A stretch of 63,821 nucleotides of DNA, filler included, from Basidioascus undulatus (taxonomy: Eukaryota): assembly GCA_000826855.1 (NCBI GenBank). It is 4 parts of 4 records of this genome, joined end to end, with 100 filler letters (N's around TTAATTAATTAA, not from the genome) between each part and the next. Parts side by side here need not be neighbours in the genome. Positions count along the whole stretch, not along the records: positions 48,858 to 63,821 come from JTLS01000675.1; 3 more parts are not named here. One strand, written 5' to 3'. Below are positions 48,858 to 62,125 of the stretch, one piece after another. A program made the translations under genes and the position numbers. A model generated the notes under the pieces. The model made no database searches, was not told the DNA's origin, and worked only from the letters and a program-made list of their open reading frames with translations. Numbering within the stretch: position 1 is the stretch's first letter; every line of letters begins with the position of its first letter.

Positions 48858-50020
48858 GGTTGGGGGACGGGTCGGGCTTGGGGGACGGGAGGAGGAGGCG
48901 CAGGAGCGCTTCGGACCCGCGGGGGGTCTCGCGGATCTGGAGGGTGAGGTGCGTGAGGGCGGGGAAGACGGTGGGGGCGTCTGGAAGGGGGGAGGAGGAT
49001 GGGGGAAGACGCGAGGATTCGCCGTGGAGGGAGAAGGAAGCGGAGATCCGGAGTTCCTTGAGTGCGCTCATGTGCTCCCCCAAGCGCACAAGGAATTCCA
49101 CCGGCAGCGCATTCAGATCCAACTCGAGGCTCTCCAGCTTCCCCCCAAAGCTCCGCAACCCCTCCAGCACCCCACGAGCGCTGGTGGACGCATGCCGGAG
49201 CGTCTCGCGCACGCAGAGGCCTTTGAGAGCGGGGCAGCGCGCGCGCAGCGAGAGGAGGAACACGTCCCCCTCGGGCGGAGGGAGGAGGCGGAGGAGGAGC
49301 GAGAGGTGCGTCAGGTTCGGGGTGAGGAGATGTGGGAGCGAGGTGGGGTGGAAGGAGGGGGAGGCGCGGAGCTCGATGAATGTGCGTGTGAGGCGAGGGA
49401 AGAGCGGGGAGGAAGGGATGTAGGGCAGGCGGGAGATGAACGCGTTCTGAGGGCGGGCGTCATTCATGCAATATACGCAGGACGGAAGGTGTAGCGCACC
49501 AGTACAATGTAATCTGCGAGAGGGCTGTCAGACGCAGTGCATAAGCGCGGATAGGAGTACCAAACGCACCCAAGCCGCGCGACGACTCCCGCCACGGCAC
49601 GTCGTCGAGCTCGTCAAAATGCGAGAGCTCACAGATGAACGACGTATACAACCTAATCCTCGCGAGCTCCCGGTCCTTAAGTGGCCGCTCAAGGCGAAAG
49701 AAGTCGCGCTGCAGGGCGAGAACCTCCCTGGACCAGTCGCTCGGCTGGCGGCTCTTCAACTGCGCGTCCTCCGCGTTCTCAGTTCTCCCTCTCGTAGAAT
49801 GTAATTTAGGGAGCATGGGAGAAAGGTACGGGTATCAGCACCGCATCTTCCGGCAAGTCGGCGAGCAGCCCGCTGAGGACGCCGAGGGAGACGCGCTGCC
49901 AGAGGAGGGGCGCGGCGAGGGAGAACCAGAGGGCGTTTACGCAGAGGGCAGGCGCGAGGGAGACGGGCGGGAGGAAGGAGAGGATGAGTGAGAGGAGCTC
50001 GGGGAGGGCAAAGAGCGGAC
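48858..50020 (-). CDS. F-box/LRR-like protein, 3' truncated, start unresolved
   Basis: PLFALPELLSLILSFLPPVSLAPALCVNALWFSLAAPLLW (F-box), then RIRLYTSFICEL, LFPRL, PNLTHLSL, CPALKGL and FPALTHLTL. Confidence 0.75.
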
Positions 50021-50658
50021 TACATAGGGAACGGCTGAGTGGAATGGGGGTGAGGGCGGGGAGGAGGAGGAAGCTAGGACTGACTGAGGATCAGGAGCGG
50101 AGATGGTCAGGTCCTCGAATGCGCGATGCCTCCAGCGCCATGGCGCATCGGTAGAATCTAGAATCCGTGACGTTCTTCATTCGAATTGTACATTCATTTC
50201 TCAGCACAGAATTACGGAAGGCGTGCATGGTCCAGAGCCGCAAACGCACCCAGAAGATGGTCGTGTCCCAACAGCCGAGTCAAGCTCTCCGGCCCGATCG
50301 CCCGAACCACCTGAGCTACCTGAACTTCCCGGATTGTCCGTGGACCTCCCAAATGAGTGAAAAGCTGAGTCAGGAAGAGCACTTTAGCCGGAGACGACCA
50401 GAAAGGCAAGCCGGGAGCTGTCTTCTCTTTTTGCCTGGACCGTCGATGTTACTCCTCATGCGCAATAAACAGCCATTCAGCCGCGGCCGTAATCCCCAAA
50501 GCCCGCGCTGTATTTATTCTGCCGGGACTGGACGGGCAGTGGCTGCGCTCTGTCCTTCCCCTTCCCCTCCTCCCTCTCTCACTAACCCCAACGTCGCGCT
50601 CACTTTGCGCTTCGCATTACTCACTAGCCTGACTGTTTAATTGTTTATGGGATACAAG

Positions 50659-53160
50659 ATGATGGACTTCCTCTCGCCCGTGCACCACCCTGAGCGGTAC
50701 TCGCCCCTCCTCGAGCACACCTTCACCGGCGTCCGCCAGGCCGACAACCTCTTCCTCGGGCTCGACCTCTCGACGCAGTCTCTCAAGGTCCAGTTCGTTC
50801 ATCATCTTGTTTCCAGAGTAATAGCTCACGCGCTTTGCGGTGCTTTGGAAAACAGGTCTCGGTCATCTCTGACAGCCTCGAGACGCTCTGGGAGGAGAGC
50901 GTCAACTTTGACCGGGACTTGCCTGAGTTCGGGTGCGTCGCGCTTCCTCTACATCTTCCCTGTCTTTGATCATCAGCTTAATCACGTGGTGGTGAGGACC
51001 GCAGCACCAAGTCCGGCGTGCACACCTCCCCCTCCGGTCGTTCCGTCCGGCAGCCCATCCCCCTCCTCCTCCACGCGCTCGACCTCATCTTCACGCGCCT
51101 CCAATCCCTCTCCTTCCCCTTCTCGCGCGTCAAGTCAATCTCCGGCGCCGCACAACAACACGCAGTAGTCTTCCAGACGCCTGCGCTCTGCTCGGCGCTG
51201 GCGGCGCTGGACCCTTCGCGGCCACTCGCGGAGCAGCTGGGCGAGGAGTGCTTTGCGATGGGGAGCTGCCATAATTGGCAGGACTCGAGCACAACGCTGG
51301 AGTGTCGGGAGCTGGAGGACGCTGTGGGGGGGACGGAGGAGATGGCGCGCCGGACGGGCAGCAGGGTGCATGAGCGGTTCTCGGCGAGTCAAATTATGAA
51401 AGTGAGGAAGGAGCAGTGAGTCATTCTGCCTTCCTCTTTCTTTCTTCCTGTTAAATCTTCCTCACGGTATGCGCTCCGATTGACAGGCCCGAAGTCTACG
51501 CCGCCACCTCCCGGTCCGCCCTCCCATCCCTGCTTCCCGTCCCCCCCACCGCTGACTCCCTCCCTCCCGCAGTATCTCCCTCCTCTCCACCTTCCTCCTA
51601 ATCCTCTTCCTCTGCGCGCCCGCCCCGGCGGACGAGTCCGACACCTCCGGCATGAACCTCTGGTCCCTCTCGCCCGACTCGCCCCCCGGGTGGGACGAGG
51701 AGATTCTCGACGTTGTCTCGGGCGGGGACGCCGTGGGGCTTGCCGCGAAGCTTGGGGAGGTCGAGCGGGACGCGGGGAAGGTCGTTGGGACTGTCGGGGA
51801 GTGGTGGAGGGTGCGGTGGGGGTTCGACCCGGTGCATTTGATCTGGGAAAGAGCGAAGGTGGATGTCGCTGATTGTGGGTGTGTTGCAGTCTTGCATCCT
51901 GTGCCCGTTTACGGGAGACAACCCGGCGACTTTCCTGTGAGTTCATCCTCAATTTCGCTCTCGTTGTAAGAAAGCACGCGCTGACCCATCCTTCATGACG
52001 CGATAGGGCCTTCTCGCTCGCCCAATCCGAGGCGATCGTCTCCCTCGGCACGTCCGACACCATCGTGCGTCTCTCCCGTCTTCCTTTCATGTTCCTTAAC
52101 CCACACTGATCAACTCAGCCTAAAACAGCTCGTCTCGACCTCCGCCTACGCCCCGCGCGCCGAGGGGCACGTCTTCGCGCACCCGGCGCACATCCCGGCG
52201 TCCCCAGACGCGCCGACGCAAGAGTGGATGGGCATGATGTGCCACAAGAAGTTAGCGGGAAACATTTTATTTTATTTTATTGGAAGCTCAGAGGCTGATA
52301 CGGGTTCGGCAGCGGCGGGCTCTCGCGCGAGTTCGTGAGGGACACGTACGCGTCCTCCTCCTGGCCGACGTTCAACGAGCTGGCACTGGAACACACACCC
52401 GCGCTTTCCTCTCCCTCTTCTTTCTCGTGCGTCGTCTCCCTCCTTCCTCTTCCCTGCCCCCTAATCCCCCTCCTCTGCAGGTTCCACTTCCTCAAGCCCG
52501 AAATCGTCCCCTTCGGCGCCACAGGCGTGCACACCTTCGTCTCTTCCCTCCCGACACCCACCCTCCCGTCGCCGGAGCTCTACCCCTCCTCGATCCTCGA
52601 GTCCCAGTTCCTCTCTTTCCGCGCGCGCTGCGCCGCGCTCCTCCCCGGCGACAACGTCAAGAACATCTACGCTGTGGGCGGGGCAGCCAAGAACGACGCA
52701 CTCGTGAAGAGGCTTGCGAGCGTCATGGACGCGCCCGTATGGACGCCCAGCGGCGCGGCGAGCCACTCGGCGTGCAGCGTTGGGGCGGCACTGAAGGTGC
52801 GCTGCGCCAAGTCCCCTTCCGGTGCCCTCTGCTCACTCTGTATTTTGTTTGTTCAGGCCCGCTGGGCTTACCTCCGCCACGTCTCGACCTGGACGTCGGG
52901 TGGGACGGCCGCGCCCCTCACATTCGAGGAGTCCGTCGCGCAGGCGCCGTCCGCGAAGCGCGCTACCCTCGTGCGTTCCCTTCTTCCCCTCCCCACCCAC
53001 TCAGGCATCCCTTACAATCGCGCCGGCTGACTCACACTCCCCCCGCACGCAGGTCGCTTCCCCCGACCCCAAGGCAGCCTCAGCGTACGGGCACGTTCTG
53101 CCGGAGTATCTGCGCCTCGAAGACGAGGTCCTCGCTGCGTCTTCGATCGTTCCTGCTTAA
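50659..53160 (+). CDS. XKS1: Xylulokinase (FGGY family)
   Basis: LFLGLDLSTQSLK, ISGAAQQHAVVF, NWQDSSTTLEC, TGSRVHERFSASQI, PFTGDNPAT, VSLGTSDT, ESQFLS and YAVGGAAKN. The start could instead be 50647. Confidence 0.94.
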
Positions 53161-54198
53161 TTTGCTATCCCTCCAACCTCCGACTCTGTTGTTTACTTGG
53201 GCTTTGGACGCTTTCTACTGGCGCGTTGGACGTTTTCACTGGACACTGTCAGGGTGCTTGCCTTCGTCACTCTACCTAGGGCTCCGATGCGCCAACGCTC
53301 ATTTTCCTTGATTGGTGCTCATCCATTACGCTCGTTGCTTCTGAATTGTTTTGAATCCTATGGCAGAATGCGGTATTGATGCTCAAGTCCCATCCACCGC
53401 GTTATAATATCCTCTCGTACTGCAATTTCTATCAAGCTTGAAGTTGATCAAGGGCATCTCGTTGTCGCTCTGTCCCCTGCGGATTCCGGACAGCAAGGCG
53501 GACGAAGGACATCGTTGTTGGCCTCCGTGTGTAGGCCGCTGGGCACCAGTTTCCCAGTTTCCAATGACGCAGCACATCATTGCGATGTCTTCGCAAAAGA
53601 CGCTGCCACCTGGATCGCAGAGAAGAGCCGGGGCAGCCCAGACAACCACCGCCAAAGACTCGCTGAGTTTCGTGTGCGCTACCTTGCCAGTTGACCCCGC
53701 TTGCGGAGAATTGTTGCGCGAAGACAGAAGCTGCCGCGCTTGGACGGCTGTTCCTGCTTGCGCCTGTTGCGGACGTGCATCCGGTATCGATCTTGCGGGA
53801 GCGCCGCACAATACTTGCGGCGCGAGTGGGCAAGTGAGCTGGTGCCGACGGTGAACAACATGATGTCGATGAGACCGTTTCTTGTCTCAAGTGCTCCGCA
53901 CGGCTTCAGTCAGTGGTACATGGAAGCTGAGAAGCTTAAAGCTGCGGCGCTTGGACAGCGTTCCTGCCTATTAGGCTGACTGTAACGGTACGGTATAGGC
54001 ACAGCCGTCCAGGTCCTTGCTTGTACCCATAATGAAATTGGACAGCCCACGCATACGTTCACCATATCTCTTCCCTGCTTCATATCCGAAGAGCTCCAAG
54101 CTCATCTTACCTTCTTATTTTTCCTGGCACTCTCGAACAGCCTCCATCCCTCGGGACTCCGAGCGTCCTCACCTTGTTCTCACCTTTCTCGGCGTGCC

Positions 54199-56383
54199 AT
54201 GCTTTTGGACAGCCTGGCCCGGACCGCTATTCCCTCTATTGCTGCGCTCCCCACATGCACAACCACACCCCCGGCCTTCACGCATCCTGGCATCGTCTTC
54301 AGCTGCGATGATCTCGACCTCATGCAGACGAACGTTGCAAAAAGGTCCGTGCGCCATGGACAGCCTGTCCTCTGTATCCCTATCAGCTAATATGAGCGTC
54401 AAACCTTTCCAGGCGTCGAGCCGTGGGCGTCAAGCTGGGCTAATTTTGAGAAGAATCGCGTCCTCGCTGATGTCTGGTCGGCGAGGGGCCCGGAGACGCA
54501 CATACCGTGGAACAGCTACGAGGCCTACGCATTGACCGACGACGGTGTGTCCATCCCTTTCGGTGGTGCTTACTGATGCTAACTATCACCGGCTAAGTTT
54601 TGCTTACTTGATTACCGCAGGAAAATCCGCTCTGTATAACGCCATCGCCTGGTACATCACGGGCAAGGACCTTTGGCTCAAGCGCACGATCGACATCGTC
54701 TACAACTGGACAACGACGAACGTGCAGATGGACGACTATATCCGGTAAGTAATAGGAAATCTGCATTTTCTGTCCCTCCTCCGTTGAATCTGATGATATT
54801 CCTCGTCTGCCGTGGCGGCGGGCAGCGGCGGTCCGGGCACAGGCAACCTCGTGCTTGCCGCCGAGATTCTGAGCCCCTCTGTTACACAATAGCATGTCTA
54901 TAGCGTGCACCCACCGTGCAAGGTCAATGCTCATCCGGGCAACGGGTTCCGACTGTTCATGCAGCGCTCGACGACGCGCTCCAGGAGGGTCGAGTTCTCC
55001 GAAAAGGTGGCGGAAGCGTGAGCATCGAATGAACCATAAGCGCCTGCATCGCAATGGAATGTGAGTTTAGTCGGTCAGAACAGTGCGAGGTACGTTGAGT
55101 GAGCTCTGATAGACCATGCACTTGCCTTGATTCTGGAAAAGACTGTCCTGATCCACTGCAGCGTTGGCCTGGACAGAACCACGCCGTTGATCCAATTGTT
55201 CACGGTGTCCGTGTATTTTTGGCTCCAGCCCGACGACGCTGATGCCCAATCGTAAACAATTTTTCTTGTGCAGTACCGTCAGCAATGTGACCGATCAGCT
55301 CAACGAGATGGGCAGGGACCAAGTGCGCCCTCAATGCTTAGCTTTTACCATCTTGGCAGTCACTGAGCTCGTCTCTACGCTTCTTTACAGGCACACCCCA
55401 AAGGTATCCGGGCGGGCACGGCTTTTTTCATCCAAAAATGCGAGGCGGACATGTGTAACACTTCAGCAACGGTCCGCAACACAGGTGCGATCGCCCGCTC
55501 GCTTGCCATTCAGGGTAAGCTGCGGACGTTCGTACCTGCTGTTGGAATATGGGTGTGGGATCAAACCCAGGAACGGGACACCCCACCGACTTGTGGGCGT
55601 TCGACAACGAGGCTATCCGTCGTGGGCGGAGCACTATGCAAAGTACAACACCAGCTACAACATCGACTACGACTTCGTCGTTGTCACGAACGACTCCTTC
55701 TACGTACGTGGGTGTCTGGTGCTCGTGGATGACAATTTCTGAAAAATCAGCCTGTTCCACAGAGATACACCTACTGGAACCCGCTGAATACAAACAACCG
55801 CGGCATCCTGGACGGTTCGTGGCTCAACGGGTTCTCCATGGCGCACCTCTGCTGGTACTACAAGGACGGCGGGAAAGTGACGCACCTCAAGACGCTCGTC
55901 GAAGTTGGCGGGCGTCACAGACAAGATCCTCTTCTTCGCAAAGGACGACAGCCTTAACTGGGGCTGGGGCGAGCTACGTCGGCGTGAGTACTGTCACCTT
56001 GCCCCGTCTTGCCTTTCCTTTTCCCGTTTTTCTCTTCCAAAACACTCTAACTACTTATCTTCCCTCCATCGCCAAGGTATACTCTGGCACCGCCTCCCGC
56101 TCACCAGCCGGCTCATACAACGGTAGCGCGACACTCGCGCCCAACACGACGGTTGCGTACCGCGACTTGGGCATCGGCACGCGCACGACGGGCATGGCCT
56201 TTACGGGCTACGCACCGTCGGGGGCAGCAGCAAGCCATGGCCTACGCCGAGGTGAACGCGACCGCTTTCCTCAACATCACGCTCCCGGCATCGACAGCGT
56301 CCAACACGATTCGGTTCCCGATCGACACGAAGGATAACTCCCCACCTAGTCTTTTTCCATCCAGACGGCGAACTCGTTGCTGA
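54199..56383 (+). pseudogene. Alginate-lyase-like (chondroitin AC/alginate lyase fold) protein, frameshifted
   Basis: AFTHPGI, GVEPW, ALYNAIAWYITG, LVLAAEIL, QLNEMGRDQ; DLWAFDNEAIRRG and EHYAKYN are split by a 1-nt deletion near 55626. Confidence 0.7.
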
Positions 56384-58530
56384 TAAGATCTTTGCTTATT
56401 AAATGCTTCCAGCGCAAATTGTATTCCTTTTCTCGCTCCTATCTCTCCCTCGTACTCGCTCCTGAATCCTCTACTCGTTATGGCTCGCTTCGTAACCTAT
56501 AGCTTTTACAAATTTTTGCATCCGTCTCTCGATGTTTACGCTTGTCTCTCATTACTCACAATGTATCCTGTCTCTCGTTGTTGATGTTGCCTCTCGGATA
56601 CTCTCCAGTTCAAGCGTTGGGAGCTATGGATGGGACACCGCTGCTGCAACCGCAACGGAAGGAGGCGGACTCAATTTTTTCGGCACAGCGGGCTGGGTAC
56701 ACGATGCGCGGCGTGATGAGCTCTCAGTTAGCTCCTCTCCCGCCAATCCAGTTTCTCTTGACCAAAGACAACTTTACCACCTCCATTAGGGCATTCGACG
56801 AGCAGTGTGGATGTCTGTATTCCTTTGGTCGTCCTCAACAGGTCCAATTATCCACAGCCTCTCGTCACCATTTCATTGCTCCCTTCTTTTACAAGGGCTC
56901 ATATGCTATCAATCAAATTCAATGGGGATTAGTGTTTTCCTCCCAGCTCCTTCTCCCAAGTTCAACGTGTCTGTATCCAGTGAAGATTGCATCCGCTGCC
57001 TCCGAAAATTTACCAAACGTCGGTTTAATGGGAAACTTTGCATGCAGGGTAAAAAGTCCCGTATGCTATACAGTTGGCTGTGAACAAAGAGAGGGGAGGT
57101 ACCAGATCATGTTGCGCCAGGACATGGTAACGATAGGTAGCAGAGAAAAACACGTCTTCGAACATGGACGTAAGCTAGCACTGGAGGTTTACCGGGCCTA
57201 CTCGAGTATCTTGAAGATGCGTTCAGTCTGAAAAACCTGATATCTCGTATTTTTGCAAGGGGCATGTCGGTGCAAGATCTATTTACCCGAGACAAAGATG
57301 TTCGTGCAATTGCAGCGCGCAGCCTCTCCTCCATGAGCTTCAATTTGCCATTGAGGCTTGTTGTCTCCTTCACTCCTCCAACTCTTCTGCCCTTGAGACG
57401 TCCCTTGGGGGTCTCCTATTCATCTCCTCCAGCGCCTGCCGCCGTGAAACACGGTGACTCATTCTCGAACTCCCCGCAGTCTTGTTCGTCCGCCGCCTGA
57501 CCTTCCGTCACGAGTGCAGCGATCGTGGCGAAGTATTCGAACAGGCTCTGAGAGATCTGGGCTGTCCAAAGCTGGCCTGTGCGTTGCCTCTTCTTTCACT
57601 CTCCTGTCGGCCTTCGGTAGACGCCGGTGGGCGGGCGCGGCTGACCAAGGCCGAGCTACCTGAAACCCCCCCTGCCACCCAGCTATCCCCGCAGCCGAGG
57701 ACCCTCCCCCCCTCTCTTCAGGAGAACGCTAACGAGCACCTGCAGAAAACGCACCCGGTGTGCGGGGGAGGAGACGTCCGCGTCGGATTGACTACCCTGA
57801 CAAACACTTCAAGCTCATCGAGCACTGCGTGTTCTTCGCCGCTTCTTTTTTTGCGCTTCTATCGCGTGTCTTGCTTCGAGCTCCTTTATATCATTCACTC
57901 AATATTACACTTCGAGTATATTCAACATATGTTCATATGAACGTCCGTTAGGTCAAATGAGCACGCTGGAGCCACTCCACTCGCAATCGGTACTTTCATC
58001 AGAATATTCACCCCATCTTCATCTGAACCTGTCAAGGGGAAATTAATAATTATGAATATCATTGATTAAGGAGAGCAGTTATTGCTAGGAAGTTGTGAGG
58101 CGTCCGGCTCAAATTGTGTGAGAGTTCCAGCCGACGGGCCGTCACATCTCGAGATGTTCGCTGCGCACACTGCGAATCGTTTGGCCGGAAGAGCGGCAAA
58201 CGACAACCAAGCATTGAAGTGTAGGGATACACACGTTATACTCATTATAGTGTTAATTACTCGAAAACTAGAGCTGGCTGAAGAGCAGCTCAGCGTGACT
58301 GTTCACACCTTCATATCGCGATTGCTTCGCCTTGCACAAGCGCCAAATATCACACGCCCACAGACTAGTAGCTTCCCGTGAAGCAACACCTAGGTCAGTA
58401 GACGTGAGAAAACTCAAGATGACACGGTTTTGTCGTTCTCGGACACACTGCAGTACACGTTCCGAGTCCAGAAACCAACCGTGCCCACCATCACACACTT
58501 AATCCTCGCAACGGGTATGTATCGCCAACA

Positions 58531-60158
58531 TCAAGTAAAGAACCCTCTCGTCAACATAAAAACGATCTGTCTAAAGAACCCTCTCGTCAACATAAAAACA
58601 ATCTGTCCCCGTCCCAGTCCACCCACATATTACATCAGCGTTCTACGCCTTTCTTCGCCCCTGCCCTCTCGCGTGGACTCACGTTCGCCCCAAACCCAAT
58701 CATGATAGCCATGCTCATGCGCATGCTGAACACGACGGACGGGACGCTCGTCGCTTCCGCCTCGCCGCGCCCGCTATCAGATACGATCCGTCGTGCTTCA
58801 CGGAGGAAGAAGAGGGGGATGACTTTGGGAGAGGACGTTAGTGAGCTGGTGTAGAGAGGAGGGAAGGGGAACGCGGAAGGAGAGGAGCGAGAGGGGGGAA
58901 GAAAGACAGACTGGGAAAGAAGAACCCAATTGTAAGGCCTTGCAGGAGTGTGAGGTGAGCGTCGGCCGGAGCTGTAGGTTGGGTTCGGCGAAGTCAACAC
59001 GCAGGAAGAAAGGATGCAAGGTGAGAGACGAGTAACAGACCAGCGTCAGTAGCGAGCGCGTTGTCCTGCCCAATATCGTCTATCCAAGCCTCCTCCAGCG
59101 CCCTCGCATGTTCGTCTTCTACTCTCCCGAACCACAGTGCACGTTGTTCAGCATCTTCCATCCCTACCCTCCTCCTCATTGCAGCACGCCAGCACGCCAA
59201 AACGCACCATCCAAATCCTCAATCACCCCACCGCCGCCCGGCGGTCTCCCCCCATCCTCATCCGCGGCCCCCGCACGCGCATGGAACTGCGCTCGGAGGG
59301 ACTCCACTTCGGAGGGGGACAGCCCGGCCGCGAGGAGGCGGTCGAAGCCTCTAGCCGGCGTGATCTGAGCTGTCTGTTCCAGCACCACGTCTCCCGTCAA
59401 CTCTCCCCTCACCCTTGCACATCTCGCGCCGGGTAAACAAAAGCTCATGGGAACGCACCTGTTCCGCCCCCTCCTCGCCGCCCTCATCCAGCACCTCCTC
59501 CCCCACGGCACAATGCAGCCACACCGTCTCCTCCTTCCGCTGCTCCTCCGCCTCCCCCACCGCCTCACCCCCCAGGCCCACAAAGTTCGCCGCGGCGCGC
59601 TTCGAGCGCGCCTCGAGGTTCGCGAGCCAGGGAAGGAGGAGCGTCCCGTCTGAGATGAGCCTGCCGAGGTGGATGAGGCGAAGACGGCGGTTGGACAGGG
59701 TGGGGCGTTTGGAGCGGATCTGTGGGGGTGCGCATCCCACATTCAGAGGGGGTTATGAGGTGAGGGAAGGAAGAACGCACAATGTCCTTGACTACCCGCA
59801 CGCTATCCCGCTCCCCAACAAGGATGGTCAAGTCCTCCGCGGCGTCCCCAAAGCGCACGACGACCTCGCGCGCTCCGCCCATGTCAATCCTGACCTCCCC
59901 TCCTCCGCTCCCGTCCCGATTTGGCGTGCGCTCCAGCTCAGGACCGAGCTCGGGTACGGCGCGCTGCTTCCCTTTGGCCTTCTCGCTGCGCTTGTTCACA
60001 AAGCGCTCGAGCGCGGTCGGCTGGCCGGAGGGCGACGTGGAGAGGAGCGCATCGCGCTCGCTGGGTGGCGATTCGGGAGACAGGGACTGGGAGGGATTGC
60101 TTGATGGCTCGCTGAGGTATGATGGACCTGCTTCGGAGGTGAATGAGGAGTCGTCCAT
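58531..60158 (-). CDS. DSC3: DSC E3 ubiquitin ligase complex subunit 3 (ubiquitin-like domain plus TM)
   Basis: VVRFGD, RRLRLIHLGRLI, WLHCAVGE, RGFDRLLAAGLSPSEVESLRAQFH, RALEEAWID, LLQGLTIGFFFP-VIPLFF and FSMRMSMAIMIGFGAN. Confidence 0.9.
58536..58607. repeat. 36-bp tandem duplication
   Basis: TAAAGAACCCTCTCGTCAACATAAAAACRATCTGTC starts at 58536 and at 58572. Confidence 0.92.
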
Positions 60159-60628
60159 GGGCGGTGAGATGTCGTTGTTCGGAAGACGCGCTGGCTGGAA
60201 GCAAGGGGGAACGTCCTTCGGCCCGACGCGGCGGCCACGCGTGATTCCCGCGGGGAATAGCCGCTATCCGCAACATCATCTTCAACAGGAATGCAATGAT
60301 ACATCCCCAGCAATTCCACAACGAACTCCCACAAGCAGCTTTCAGGACGTAGATGAGTTTCAGAGCTGCAGCTGGCCCAACATCCTTCCCTACCCGGCCA
60401 TCTGTCCACTCCCCTTTACTTGCACGCTTACTAGAGCGCTTCGCCTCACACAAACACGTGCCTGCCAACCGAGGGAGCCCCACCTCACCCGAGCGTGTAT
60501 AGAGAAGTAAACGTGAAAGTACATGGCGAGTGTGTATCACAAATGAAATGCAGTCGTCGCCGCCCCGGCGCAGTCCCACCCCGCAATCCGTCCCACACCA
60601 CACATCCGCAAGAGACATCAAGACCAGC

Positions 60629-61757
60629 CTAGATCTTGACCTCGCGGAGGCCGTCACGCCAGAAGGCTGTAGATTGTTAGGAGAGGCGTTAGAGGGGCGT
60701 GTGGGAAGCAGGCGGATGGGGGAGGACGCACTGATGAAGGGGGTGACACCGTCCTCGCGGTAGTTGAGGAGGGCGATCATCCCGTCGGGGTCCATGGACT
60801 CGCCCTGTTTGGGTGCGAGAGCGAGTGTAAGTGGCACAGCGCGGAGTGTGGATTTAGGAAAAGGAACGCACGGTGAAGAACCTGCGTGGGCGAAGGGACA
60901 CAATAGGCGGCGCATGGTTCGAGTGGAGTCGCGGAGAGGCAAGAGAAGGGAGAGCGAAGAATTAGCGGTGTTGGAAAGGACGAGCGGAAGCAGGACGAGT
61001 GAGATGGGACGGGTGAAGTGGGAGGCACGCTAAGTCAGCGCTCTGGCAGCCCGAACCTGCTCAAAACCGACGCACTCGTAGTCCTTGAAGTTGGCGATGA
61101 TCTTCTTGGCGAAGTCCTGTGCCTCCTTCTCGAATTCGGGGACACGGTCCGGGTTCGTCTCCTTCAGCTTCTCCTTGACGGCCTTCATGTAACCCTGTGA
61201 ATCGCAATACCGGCCGCAAGATGAGTTGTCGCATACGGAGACGGCAGGGGATGAGAGTGTGACGCACCTTGAGGTAGACGAGGTAGGACTTCTTGTCGAA
61301 GGAGGTCGACTGGAGGCGGAAAGAGTGGACGACGTTGTTGACGGTCTGGACAGACTCGTCGAGGTCCTCAGCGGCCTCCTCGGCAGAGGCGTTGGCGCCA
61401 ATGTCGACGTCGCCCTCCTTGATGGTGACCTGTTGAATGATGTGTCCACCGCTGCGTGAGCCTGCGCGCTCGGAGGAGGAAGCGGGGTATAAGGAGGCCG
61501 CACCATGGAGCAGTCAACCTCGTAGGCGACCTTGCCGACCTCCTTGACGGGGAAGGCGTCCGAGAACACTGTCCAGTAGAACACCCCATTGTAAGCCCGC
61601 GCGCCGGCCAGAGAAGGAGAAGCAAACACGCACTCTCGTTGCCAGCTGCCAGCGTGGAATCGAGCCCACGTCTCCCAATCAGCCCGCTGTTCCCCGCCCT
61701 GCCGCGGTCCACATGTGCACAACACTACGCACTCAGAACGTCCTCGAAGACCTTCAT
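60629..61757 (-). CDS. TMA19: Translationally controlled tumour protein (TCTP)
   Basis: [75 protein letters not shown] and FWRDGLREVKI*. Micro-exons at 61634-61645 and 60872-60881. Confidence 0.96.
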
Positions 61758-62125
61758 TTTGATATAAAGAAATGCGGGGAGTGAGGGGAGAACGTGGAGA
61801 GTGGCGGCGAGGAGGAAGGGAGGGCAGAGGCGAGTGGTCTGTAACAGGCAAAGAAGACAGTGCAGACTGACAAGCGCGAGTTTTCCTTGCTCGCTTCCGC
61901 GGTCTAGGCGCATTACGTAACAATCTGACGCGGTGTAAGATCACGTGCGCGTCAGTCTCGAATTTCTCGCAAGGGAGAAGGCTGTCGTCGAACGTGCTCA
62001 CCGTCCATCTCGTCGCGCTCGCCGCCGGGAACGGCATCCTCGCTACCGTCCTTGTCGTCCTGCTCACAGCATTGACAGCGCCCCTGCATACCCACCCCGC
62101 CGCAGTTTCCCTCTACTCGTCGCCC

